64,000 nucleotides of DNA from a bacterium (lineage in GTDB: Bacteria; J088; JAWLBW01), in assembly GCA_041690355.1 (NCBI GenBank), contig JAWLHK010000013.1, forward strand, positions 1 through 64,000, read 5' to 3'. A program made the position numbers and the translations under genes. Below the pieces are notes generated by a model. That model was not told the DNA's origin and made no database searches. It saw nothing but the letters and a program-made list of their open reading frames with translations. Numbering within the stretch: the first letter of the stretch is position 1; each line of letters starts with the position of its first letter. This document shows positions 47,624 to 55,251 of this stretch, piece by piece.

Positions 47624-48559
47624 ATGGCTTCACTCATTGCGACCGTCACGCTCAATCCGGCGCTCGACCGCCTGCTCGAGGTGGATCGGCTTTCGGCCGA
47701 CGACGCCAACCGCGTCCGCAACGAAGCGCACTATGCCGCGGGAAAGGGGATCGACGCCTCACGCGTCATCCACGAAATGGGGGGCGACACGGTGGCCTAT
47801 GGCATGGTCGGCGGGATGAGCGGCGCCGAAATCGAAGCCCGGCTCCGGGAAGCGGGGGTCCCGAGCGATTTCGTCATGGTCGCGGGGAATACGCGCACGA
47901 ACCTGCTGCTCAAGGACAAGGAAGCCGGTCACCAGTTTCTCATCAACGCGGCGGGTCCCCCGGTCACACCGGAACAATTCGAGGCGCTGCTGACAAAACT
48001 GGAGCGCAAGCGGGGGCGTTTCGGCGCCGTCATCGCTTCGGGCAGTATTCCCGCCGGACTTCCGAAGGATGCCTACCGGACCATCGTGGAGCGGCTTGCG
48101 GACGTGCGGGTGTTCGTCGATGCCGACGGCGACGCCCTGGCCGAGGCGGTGAAGGCGAAGCCGTGGGCGATCAAGCCGAACCGGCATGAAGCTTCGCGCC
48201 TGCTGGGGCGAACCGTCGAGACCGAAGACGAAGCGCTCGCCGCCGTACGCGATCTGGCGGCGCTCGGGATGGAACACGTGCTGCTGTCCATGGGCAGAGC
48301 CGGGGCGCTGCTGGCGACCGGCGGGCGCATCTGGCGGGGCCGTTCTCCCGAGGTTACGGCCATCAGCGCCGTCGGAGCGGGGGATACGATGGTCGCGCTC
48401 TATACGTTGCGCACCGTCGAAGGCGAGCCGCCCGAAGAAGCTTTCCGCTGGGCCCTGGCCGGCGGAGCGGCGACGGCCATGACCCCGGGGACGGAACTCT
48501 GCCACCGGGCCGATGTGGAGCGGCTCGTGAGAGAAACTACGGTTTCGCAGGTGGCGTAA
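47624..48559 (+). CDS. 1-phosphofructokinase family (PfkB) hexose kinase
   Basis: TVTLNPALD, GKGI, KPNRHE, SAVGAGD. Confidence 0.93.
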   Translation: MASLIATVTLNPALDRLLEVDRLSADDANRVRNEAHYAAGKGIDASRVIHEMGGDTVAYGMVGGMSGAEIEARLREAGVPSDFVMVAGNTRTNLLLKDKEAGHQFLINAAGPPVTPEQFEALLTKLERKRGRFGAVIASGSIPAGLPKDAYRTIVERLADVRVFVDADGDALAEAVKAKPWAIKPNRHEASRLLGRTVETEDEALAAVRDLAALGMEHVLLSMGRAGALLATGGRIWRGRSPEVTAISAVGAGDTMVALYTLRTVEGEPPEEAFRWALAGGAATAMTPGTELCHRADVERLVRETTVSQVA

Positions 48560-49577
48560 GCTTCCAGCCGCCGGTGTCGCCGTTGCCGGTGACGACCGCG
48601 GCCAGGCGCAGGGCTTCTGCCCGCTCGGGCTCGGGGGCCAGTTCGACGGCCGCGCGAGCCTCGTCGACATCCTGGTCCCGCCAGGCGCGCGCCATGGCGA
48701 CCACCCAGCGCGCCCCCGAGTTGCGCCCCACGATGCCGCGCGTGAACAGCTCGTTGAGCACCCCTTCGGCCTTGCGGATGTTCTCGTCGACCTCTCCCTG
48801 GCCGGTATGCGTGCGCACCAGCGCGAGTCGCGCGCGCGCGAACGGTTCGAGCAGGTTGCTCCCTTCGCCGACCGCTTTCACGTACAGTTCATCGGCGCGG
48901 GGCAGATCGCCGCGGTAGAAGGCCACCGTGCCGAGACCGTACAGACCGAGCGGGCGCTGATCTTTCTGGCGCACGCCCAGCAGCTTCTTGAAGGATTCCT
49001 CGGCGCCGTCCAGGTCACCCTGTTGCAGGCGGGTCCACCCCTGTAGGTAGAGTGCCGAGGGGTTGATGGCGTCCTGGGCCAGGGCCGCCTCGATCATGCT
49101 TCCGGCGCGCTCGGCGTCGCCCAGGCGCATCCAGGCGTGCGCAAACTGGCTGCAGAGCATCGCCTTCATGGGGCCCGGCATGCGCGTCTTCTCCATGAGC
49201 ATTTCGCCTTCGGCAAGCACGGTGCGCGCGTCACCCTTGAGGTCCGGGTGCAGGGCCGTGTCTGCGAAAAGCTGATAGGCCGCGAGGATGGCGGCCGGCA
49301 TCTTGGTCTTCGTAAGGGCCTGGCGCAACGGCTCGAGGGCGTCGTCGGGGCGCCCCATCTTGAGATAAACGCGACCCAAGGCGGCCCAGGCCATCCCCCG
49401 GCCGATGGGGTTGATTCCGGTGGCCGCCTTGGTAAAGCGGCGCACCGACTCCTCATACCGCCCCTTCTGCTGGGCCAGGTCGCCGCGGGCGTAGAGGTAC
49501 ATGGCGTGGGCGTAGATGCCCGTCAGGATGGTCAGCGGAACGCCGACGACGAAAAAAAGGATGCTGAACAGATCCAC
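48537..49577 (-). CDS. Membrane-anchored TPR protein
   Basis: N-terminal TM; repeated A...LG..Y...G TPR consensus. Confidence 0.85.
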   Translation of the reverse strand: MDLFSILFFVVGVPLTILTGIYAHAMYLYARGDLAQQKGRYEESVRRFTKAATGINPIGRGMAWAALGRVYLKMGRPDDALEPLRQALTKTKMPAAILAAYQLFADTALHPDLKGDARTVLAEGEMLMEKTRMPGPMKAMLCSQFAHAWMRLGDAERAGSMIEAALAQDAINPSALYLQGWTRLQQGDLDGAEESFKKLLGVRQKDQRPLGLYGLGTVAFYRGDLPRADELYVKAVGEGSNLLEPFARARLALVRTHTGQGEVDENIRKAEGVLNELFTRGIVGRNSGARWVVAMARAWRDQDVDEARAAVELAPEPERAEALRLAAVVTGNGDTGGWKLTPPAKP

Positions 49578-49650
49578 GGTAACCCGGAGCAGAGGAGAAA
49601 ACGATCACGGTAATCGGATGCGCCGGTCATTGCAAGCCGGGGCCGCTCAG

Positions 49651-49694
49651 AAAAAAAGACGGCAGATGCGATCCGGAGATCGATCCGCCGTCTT
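49651..49694 (-). terminator. Strong intrinsic terminator
   Basis: AAGACGGCGGAT-CGATC...GATCG-C-ATCTGCCGTCTT stem followed by a T run on the minus strand. Confidence 0.85.
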
Positions 49695-49822
49695 CAGAAA
49701 AGGGCGCTCAGGTCACAACCCGATATGGCATGTGCGAGCGACGGGCAGTCAGGTGCCGTCGCCGCACGGTAACGCTGGAAACAGCCTCTCGGAAGTGCGC
49801 ACCCGCGTCGGCAGTCAGTCAT
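49694..49822 (-). CDS. Putative 42-aa Cys-rich peptide
   Basis: MTDCRRGCALPRGCFQRYRAATAPDCPSLAHAISGCDLSALF; ATG overlaps the upstream stop; stop abuts the terminator. Confidence 0.35.
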   Translation of the reverse strand: MTDCRRGCALPRGCFQRYRAATAPDCPSLAHAISGCDLSALF

Positions 49823-50018
49823 GCCCGGCGTCGCGCGCGACCTGCGGCTCAGCCATGGCCGTGACCAGCAGGTTGCGAATGAGGCGCGATACGGGAATGT
49901 TCAGGCTTTGAGCCTTCTGACGCAGGGCATGGTCCAGGGCGGGGGGAATGCGCGCGTGGAGCACGCAGTCCTTGCGCCCGTCGGCCAGCCCCTGCAGCTG
50001 CTCGGGGTACGGAGTCAT
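49815..50018 (-). CDS. Ribbon-helix-helix DNA-binding protein
   Basis: VLHARIPPALDHALRQKAQSLNIPVSRLIRNLL fits the RHH pattern. Confidence 0.75.
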   Translation of the reverse strand: MTPYPEQLQGLADGRKDCVLHARIPPALDHALRQKAQSLNIPVSRLIRNLLVTAMAEPQVARDAGHD

Positions 50019-50021
50019 GAC

Positions 50022-50294
50022 TCAGGCTCCGATGAACTTCTTGACCCACGTCTCGGCCTGCTCGCGCACGGCCAGAGCGTCGCGGCGGGCCACGGCGGCC
50101 AGGTTCTCGCCCCGTTCGCGAAGTTCCAGCGCGCTGTCGACGGTCGTCGTCACGAAGGAGACGACCGGCTCGCGCAGGTCTTCGACGGCATTGTGAACGA
50201 CGGGGCGCAGGCCTTCGACGAAGGCTTCGGCGCGATCAAAAGCGGTAACGACGCGGTCCCGCAGACCCTGTTCGATGGCGGCATACGTAATCAT
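50022..50294 (-). CDS. Small amphipathic helical protein (phasin/apolipoprotein-like)
   Basis: GAGGAAA SD; alternating hydrophobic/charged helices; own promoter. Confidence 0.7.
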   Translation of the reverse strand: MITYAAIEQGLRDRVVTAFDRAEAFVEGLRPVVHNAVEDLREPVVSFVTTTVDSALELRERGENLAAVARRDALAVREQAETWVKKFIGA

Positions 50295-50363
50295 GGTTTC
50301 TTTCCTCTCGTTTCGGTTCGTTCAAAAAGTGAAAAGCAGGTCAACGCTTACTGAGTTGTCCAC

Positions 50364-50392
50364 ACTTTATCGCGGATGACGCGGCGTGTCAA
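50364..50392 (-). promoter_or_regulatory. Sigma70 promoter TTGACA-17-TAAAGT
   Basis: Near-consensus boxes with a 17-nt spacer upstream of the 50294 gene. Confidence 0.75.
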
Positions 50393-50580
50393 GAGAAAAA
50401 GATCGCCAATGATTTATGCCCACTTTGGCAAGGCTCTTCTGCGGGGGTGGCCCTTGTGACACGCCTTGGATGTTGCCCAGTATGGATCGGTCCCCCCGGG
50501 AATGCAAGGGGTATCACGGAATGCGCAGCCCAGAAAATGTGGTACGCCATCCCGCGCGTCAAAAACGCCAGTTGAGAGAA

Positions 50581-50731
50581 TTGACGATTGACGATCTACA
50601 ATTGACGATTTCCTGCATGGGGCTCGCGCAGTTCTCGTCGCCGATGAGTGGCGTGCGACTTCTTGGACAAGGACCGCGAGTCCGTCGAACGCACGCTCAA
50701 TCGTCAATCGTAAATTGTCAGTTGTAAATTC
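50581..50731. repeat. Inverted heptamer tracts (TTGACGA)n ... (TCAATCG)n around an ~88-bp spacer
   Basis: ttgacga ttgacga tctacaa ttgacga / tcaatcg tcaatcg taaattg tcagttg. Confidence 0.85.
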
Positions 50732-50734
50732 TGT

Positions 50735-52138
50735 TCACTCTTCCCAGACCGGCTGGCCGCCGTAGGCGTCGGGGGGGGCGTAGTCGCTGAAGCGCGTGTA
50801 CTGGCCCAGGAAGGTGAGGGGGATCATGTCGCTCGGGCCGTTACGGTTCTTGGCCACAATCAGCTCCGCCTTGTTCGGTTCGAAGTCGGATTTGCCTTCC
50901 TTCTTCGCGTAGACCTCATGGCGGTAGATGAACATGATCATGTCGGCGTCCTGCTCGATGGCGCCCGATTCGCGCAGGTCAGACATCATGGGGCGCTTGT
51001 CGGGGCGCGCCTCGAGGCCGCGGTTGAGCTGCGAGAGGGCGATGACCGGAACCTTGAGGTCCTTGGCCATCATCTTCAGTCCGCGTGAAATTTCGGAGAT
51101 CTCCTGCTCGCGCCGCTCCGAACGCTTGCTGCCGTTCATGAGCTGCAGGTAATCGATGACTACCAGGTCGAGCTTGCCCTCGGCGGCCTGGCGGCGGCAT
51201 TTGCCGATGACATAGCGGATGTCGATGCCGCCGTGGTCGTCGAAGTAGAGCGGGGCCGAAGACAGATTCGTGGCCGCGCGCGTCAGCTTCTCCCATTTGT
51301 TGGCCGGCATCGTGCCGCGCCGCAGCTCGCTCATGTCGATTTCGGCCAGCGAGCAGAGCAGACGCGTGACCAGCTCTTCTTTGCCCATTTCGAGCGAGAA
51401 GAAGGCGACCGATTTGCGATCGTAGATGGCGGCGTGGGCGGCCATGTTGAGCACCAGCGATGTCTTGCCCATGGCCGGGCGCGCCGCGACGACGATCAGA
51501 TTTCCGGGCTGGAAACCGGACGTCAGCTTGTCGAGCTCGGTGAACCCGGTGGCGAGACCGGTGATGGCCCCTTTGCTTTCGAAGAGCTGGTTGAGGCGCC
51601 CGATGGCGTCGGGGAGGACGAGCTCGACCGGTGTGAGCCGCTTCTGTACGTTCCCCTGCGCAATGCCGAGAATCGTCCGCTCGGCCACGTTCAGAATTTC
51701 GTCGGGCTTCTCTTCGGCCGCATAGGCCATGCTCGCGATTTCGGTCGAGATGCCGATCAGTTTTCGCAGCGTGCTCTTTTCGGCGACGATGTGGGCGTAA
51801 TATTCCGTGTTGGCCGCGGTGGGAACCACTTCGGTCAGTTCGACCAGAAACGCGCGGCCCCCGACGCTGTCGAGCACCCCTTTGGACTGCAGCAGGTTGC
51901 TGAGCGTGAGCAGGTCGACCGGTTCGCGGCGGTCGTAAAGCTCGCGCGTGGCCTCGAAAATCAGCCGGTGCGCATCGCGGTAGAAATCTTCGGGCTGTAC
52001 GGCGTCGAAAATCTTCTCGAGGATGTTATTGTCGAGCAGCACGCCGCCCAGCAGCGATTTCTCGGCGTCAAGGTTCTGCGGGGGAATGCGGTCGGCGACG
52101 TCTGCCTTGACCGGGCGTATCGGGCGCGTCTGATTCAT
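50735..52138 (-). CDS. dnaB: Replicative DNA helicase
   Basis: PPQNLDAE, AARPAMGKT, DYLQL, LSQLNR, SDLRESGAIEQDAD; no intein. Confidence 0.98.
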   Translation of the reverse strand: MNQTRPIRPVKADVADRIPPQNLDAEKSLLGGVLLDNNILEKIFDAVQPEDFYRDAHRLIFEATRELYDRREPVDLLTLSNLLQSKGVLDSVGGRAFLVELTEVVPTAANTEYYAHIVAEKSTLRKLIGISTEIASMAYAAEEKPDEILNVAERTILGIAQGNVQKRLTPVELVLPDAIGRLNQLFESKGAITGLATGFTELDKLTSGFQPGNLIVVAARPAMGKTSLVLNMAAHAAIYDRKSVAFFSLEMGKEELVTRLLCSLAEIDMSELRRGTMPANKWEKLTRAATNLSSAPLYFDDHGGIDIRYVIGKCRRQAAEGKLDLVVIDYLQLMNGSKRSERREQEISEISRGLKMMAKDLKVPVIALSQLNRGLEARPDKRPMMSDLRESGAIEQDADMIMFIYRHEVYAKKEGKSDFEPNKAELIVAKNRNGPSDMIPLTFLGQYTRFSDYAPPDAYGGQPVWEE

Positions 52139-52252
52139 GAGGAGAACACCGTAGCAGCGGCCGCCTGTGGGGGGAAAGGAGAAAATTCGGCGATCGGGAT
52201 TCGGGCACGGAAACCCCGATGGGCACAGGCGCTGAAGCGCTCAGGCGTGTCG

Positions 52253-52282
52253 CCGTGCACAGCGTCGCACAGGTTATCCACA
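52253..52282 (+). promoter_or_regulatory. DnaA box TTATCCACA with two phased degenerate boxes
   Basis: Perfect box at 52274-52282; CACA-ending 9-mers at 52253 and 52263; upstream of dnaB. Confidence 0.6.
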
Positions 52283-52405
52283 GTTTACCGGCGGGGCCGC
52301 CGGTCCGCCATGCGGAGGGGCCGGATTCAGGGCCGGCGATGGGGTGTGTGCAGGGCACCGGGGCGCGTTCTGGGCACCGCGGCGACGGTTTGGTACCATG
52401 GCCCC

Positions 52406-53071
52406 GTGCGCCTCGATCTACACGTCCACCTGTCTCCCTACAGCAACTCCAGCGACTTCACGCTGGAGGAGTACGTGCGCCTGATCGACGAGCAGCGAAT
52501 TCCCGTGGCCACGGTCACCGACTACGGCACGGTGGCCGCCTGCGATGCCCTCGAGCGGCAGGTGGGGGGCGTCATCGTCGTCTACGGCGTCGAGCTGCAG
52601 ACGCACGAGGGCTCGTTTCTCGTCTACAGCAGCGATCGCAAGTTTCTCGCCAAGATCCCCCCGCGCATCCGCACCCTCACCGAGCTCCCCCGCGACGGCC
52701 GCACGGCGGTCGTCTGGGCGCATCCGCGCATGCCGTGGAGCAACGGCTGGCGCGCGCCGTTTCCCAATCAGCCCCTCACGAAGTTCATCTTTGAGCACGT
52801 CGACGCGGTCGAATTCTACAACGGCGCCATGCTCGCCATGGGCCGGCGCGGGAGCGTCGAACCGAACTATCATGCGGAACTGCGCGCCCAGGTCGAGCGC
52901 TGGAAGGTGGCGGCCGTCGGCGGCAGCGCCTGCCAGACCGCCGATGGATTTCTTTCGGCCTGGACGACCTTTCCTCGCATCCGCAACACGCAGGACTTCG
53001 TCACGGCCATCAAGGATCGCGCCGTACGCCCCGGCGCGCAGCTGGGCAAAGGGCTGCTGACGGTGGTCTGA
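52406..53071 (+). CDS. PHP domain protein (degenerate metal ligands)
   Basis: DLHVH, TD(Y), GVE, WAHP, EFYNG, GGS(AC). Confidence 0.85.
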   Translation: MRLDLHVHLSPYSNSSDFTLEEYVRLIDEQRIPVATVTDYGTVAACDALERQVGGVIVVYGVELQTHEGSFLVYSSDRKFLAKIPPRIRTLTELPRDGRTAVVWAHPRMPWSNGWRAPFPNQPLTKFIFEHVDAVEFYNGAMLAMGRRGSVEPNYHAELRAQVERWKVAAVGGSACQTADGFLSAWTTFPRIRNTQDFVTAIKDRAVRPGAQLGKGLLTVV

Positions 53072-53072
53072 G

Positions 53073-53675
53073 ATGCATGTGTACGGACTCACCGGCGGAA
53101 TCGGCACCGGCAAGAGCACCGTTGCCCGGATGCTCGCCGAAAAAGGGGCGGCCGTCATTGACGCCGATCGCATTGCGCGCGAAGTCGTCGAACCGGGCAC
53201 CCCCGGGCTGGCGGCCATCCGCGAGGCCTTCGGTCCCGGCGTGCTCACGCCTGAGGGAACCCTCGACCGCACGCGACTCGGCGAAATCGTGTTTGCCGAT
53301 CCGCAACGGCGCCGCACCCTCGAACAGATCACCCACCCGCGCATCATGCAGCGCTTTGGCGAGCGCATCGGCGAAGCGGCTGCTTCCGGCGCCGCGGTCG
53401 TCGTGCTTGACGTTCCGCTGCTTTACGAAACCGGAAATCTGGTGGGGGCCGTGGAGAAGATCATCGTCGTCTATGCCCCCGCAGAATGCCAGCTTGAACG
53501 CGTGCGCGAACGCGACGGGCTCGCCGACGAGCAGATTCGCGGGCGCATGGCGGCCCAGCTCGACATCGAGGAAAAGCGCCGCCGCGCCGACTTCCTGATC
53601 GAGAATACGGGAACCCTTGAAGACCTGCGTGCGCGCGTCGACGCGCTCTGGGCGCAGCTCGTCAGAAACGGCTGA
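53073..53675 (+). CDS. coaE: Dephospho-CoA kinase
   Basis: GLTGGIGTGKSTV, IDAD.IAR, THPRI, DVPLLYE. Confidence 0.97.
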   Translation: MHVYGLTGGIGTGKSTVARMLAEKGAAVIDADRIAREVVEPGTPGLAAIREAFGPGVLTPEGTLDRTRLGEIVFADPQRRRTLEQITHPRIMQRFGERIGEAAASGAAVVVLDVPLLYETGNLVGAVEKIIVVYAPAECQLERVRERDGLADEQIRGRMAAQLDIEEKRRRADFLIENTGTLEDLRARVDALWAQLVRNG

Positions 53676-54615
53676 CGTCGTCGAGGTAGCGCTGCAGCAG
53701 CGCCTTCTTGCGCGGCGTCATGACGACCGAGCGGATGTCTTCGAGCTCGAACCGGGTTTCGCCGTCGTACTCGGCCAGCATGCCGTGCAGGTAGTCGCGA
53801 AAACCGAGTTCCCGGTTGATCAGCAGCAGCTTGACCCGCACCCGATTTCCCTCGACGCGCACCGCAAGCGGCTTCATCAGATGGGCGTCGTCGAGCGAAA
53901 CGGTCTCCTTCATGGCCGCCGCCGCCTCGGCGGGAGAGATCCGGCCGAGCGAAACGGGAGTTACATCGGCCCAGTCAACCGAGAACCGATCGGTATCTGC
54001 GGTCCGGCACTTGCGGAAGGCCAGGTAGAAGAGCTCCTTGCCCATCTCGCGCCATTTGCGCTCATAGCGCGTCTCGAGTCCGGTCCAGCCCCGGTCGTTC
54101 AGCCAGCGCCGGTCATATCCGTTCTGGAGGATCGACGAGGCGCTAAGGGCGCGGTACGCCTCGTCGGCATATTCTTCGACGTCGGTGCCGAGGTACAGGT
54201 AGCCCTCGGGAACGAGTTTTTCCTCGAGCAGGCCCGTGAATCGGGCGTCGAACAGGCGGCGCTTTTCATGGCTCGCCTTGGGCCACGGGTCGGGAAAGTT
54301 GACGTAGACCGCCTGCAGCGACTCGGCATCGAAAAGCTCGAGCAGCGTAAGCTTCGCCTCGCGCACCATGAAGCGCACGTTCGTCAGCCCTTCGCGTTCG
54401 GCCTTGCGGGCCGCCTTGCGCAGGAACTGGCCGGCGATGTCGAGGCCGACGAAATTCTCTTCGGGCGAACGCCGGGCCAGGCCCAGAAGAAACTCGCCCC
54501 CGCCGACGCCGATCTCGAGGTTGAGCGGATGGTGGTTGCCGAAAATGCCGGCCCAGCCGCCGGCTTCGACGACTTCGCCCGGACTGACCAGGTTATGAAG
54601 GGTTTTCTGTGCCAT
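53662..54615 (-). CDS. trmB: tRNA (guanine-N7)-methyltransferase with C-terminal extension
   Basis: LEIGVGGG, NFPDPWPK..HEKRRL, TD..EY, TRYERK. Confidence 0.93.
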   Translation of the reverse strand: MAQKTLHNLVSPGEVVEAGGWAGIFGNHHPLNLEIGVGGGEFLLGLARRSPEENFVGLDIAGQFLRKAARKAEREGLTNVRFMVREAKLTLLELFDAESLQAVYVNFPDPWPKASHEKRRLFDARFTGLLEEKLVPEGYLYLGTDVEEYADEAYRALSASSILQNGYDRRWLNDRGWTGLETRYERKWREMGKELFYLAFRKCRTADTDRFSVDWADVTPVSLGRISPAEAAAAMKETVSLDDAHLMKPLAVRVEGNRVRVKLLLINRELGFRDYLHGMLAEYDGETRFELEDIRSVVMTPRKKALLQRYLDDVSRF

Positions 54616-54741
54616 GAAAATCAGAACAAAAGTCCTCTATTCTACCATTTCGCATCCTTGTTTCGCCGCTCCGGCGCTTGGTAGAATCTTGCAGTCGCGA
54701 TCAGAAGGCTGTCGCTGCCCGCATCGCGAGGCGTATCTACC

Positions 54742-55251
54742 ATGCCCCGTTTTTTTTCCCGCCGCCGTTTTGTTCGCCTGTCTGCCGAGTCGCTTGCGTT
54801 GCTGACGGTTGTCAGCCAGGCGGGCGCGTGCGCGTCGGCCCCCGAGACGCCCGCCCGGGTCTTCTCGCCCGAAGAACGAACCGCGCTGTTGGCCCTGGCG
54901 GATACGATCGTTCCCCCCACGGCGCGCATGCCCCTCGCCGTGGGCGACACGAGCCTGATTGCCCGCATCGAGCAGTTTCTGGCCGGAGCCGACCCGCTCG
55001 TGCGCGACCAGTTTCGTTACCTGATTCACTTCTTCGAGCGCTACCCGCAGCTCTTTTCGCTGCGTTTCACGCGCTTCAGCCGGCTGGGGCCCGTCGCGCG
55101 CGCCGAGGTGCTCGCCGGGTTCGCCGAGAGCCGCTTCTACGCCCGGCGCATGGCCTTCGTGGCCTTGAAGTCGGTCGTCTGCAATCACTACTTTGCGGAT
55201 CCCGAAGTCCAGGCGCTGCTTGGATTTCGGCCCGTCTGCGTGTTTTCCTGA
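54742..55251 (+). CDS. Gluconate-2-dehydrogenase subunit-3-like partner protein
   Basis: SRRRFV Tat-like N-terminus; LADTIVP, RFSRL, YF.DP..Q.LLGF. Confidence 0.8.
   Translation: MPRFFSRRRFVRLSAESLALLTVVSQAGACASAPETPARVFSPEERTALLALADTIVPPTARMPLAVGDTSLIARIEQFLAGADPLVRDQFRYLIHFFERYPQLFSLRFTRFSRLGPVARAEVLAGFAESRFYARRMAFVALKSVVCNHYFADPEVQALLGFRPVCVFS

Noticed and set aside
50414-50727. 97-103-aa ORFs between the phasin-like gene and dnaB
   Set aside because: They run through heptamer tracts and have atypical composition; likely non-coding.
52139-52405. Replication origin
   Set aside because: Only one perfect DnaA box, no AT-rich DUE, and no dnaA/dnaN/gidA nearby.
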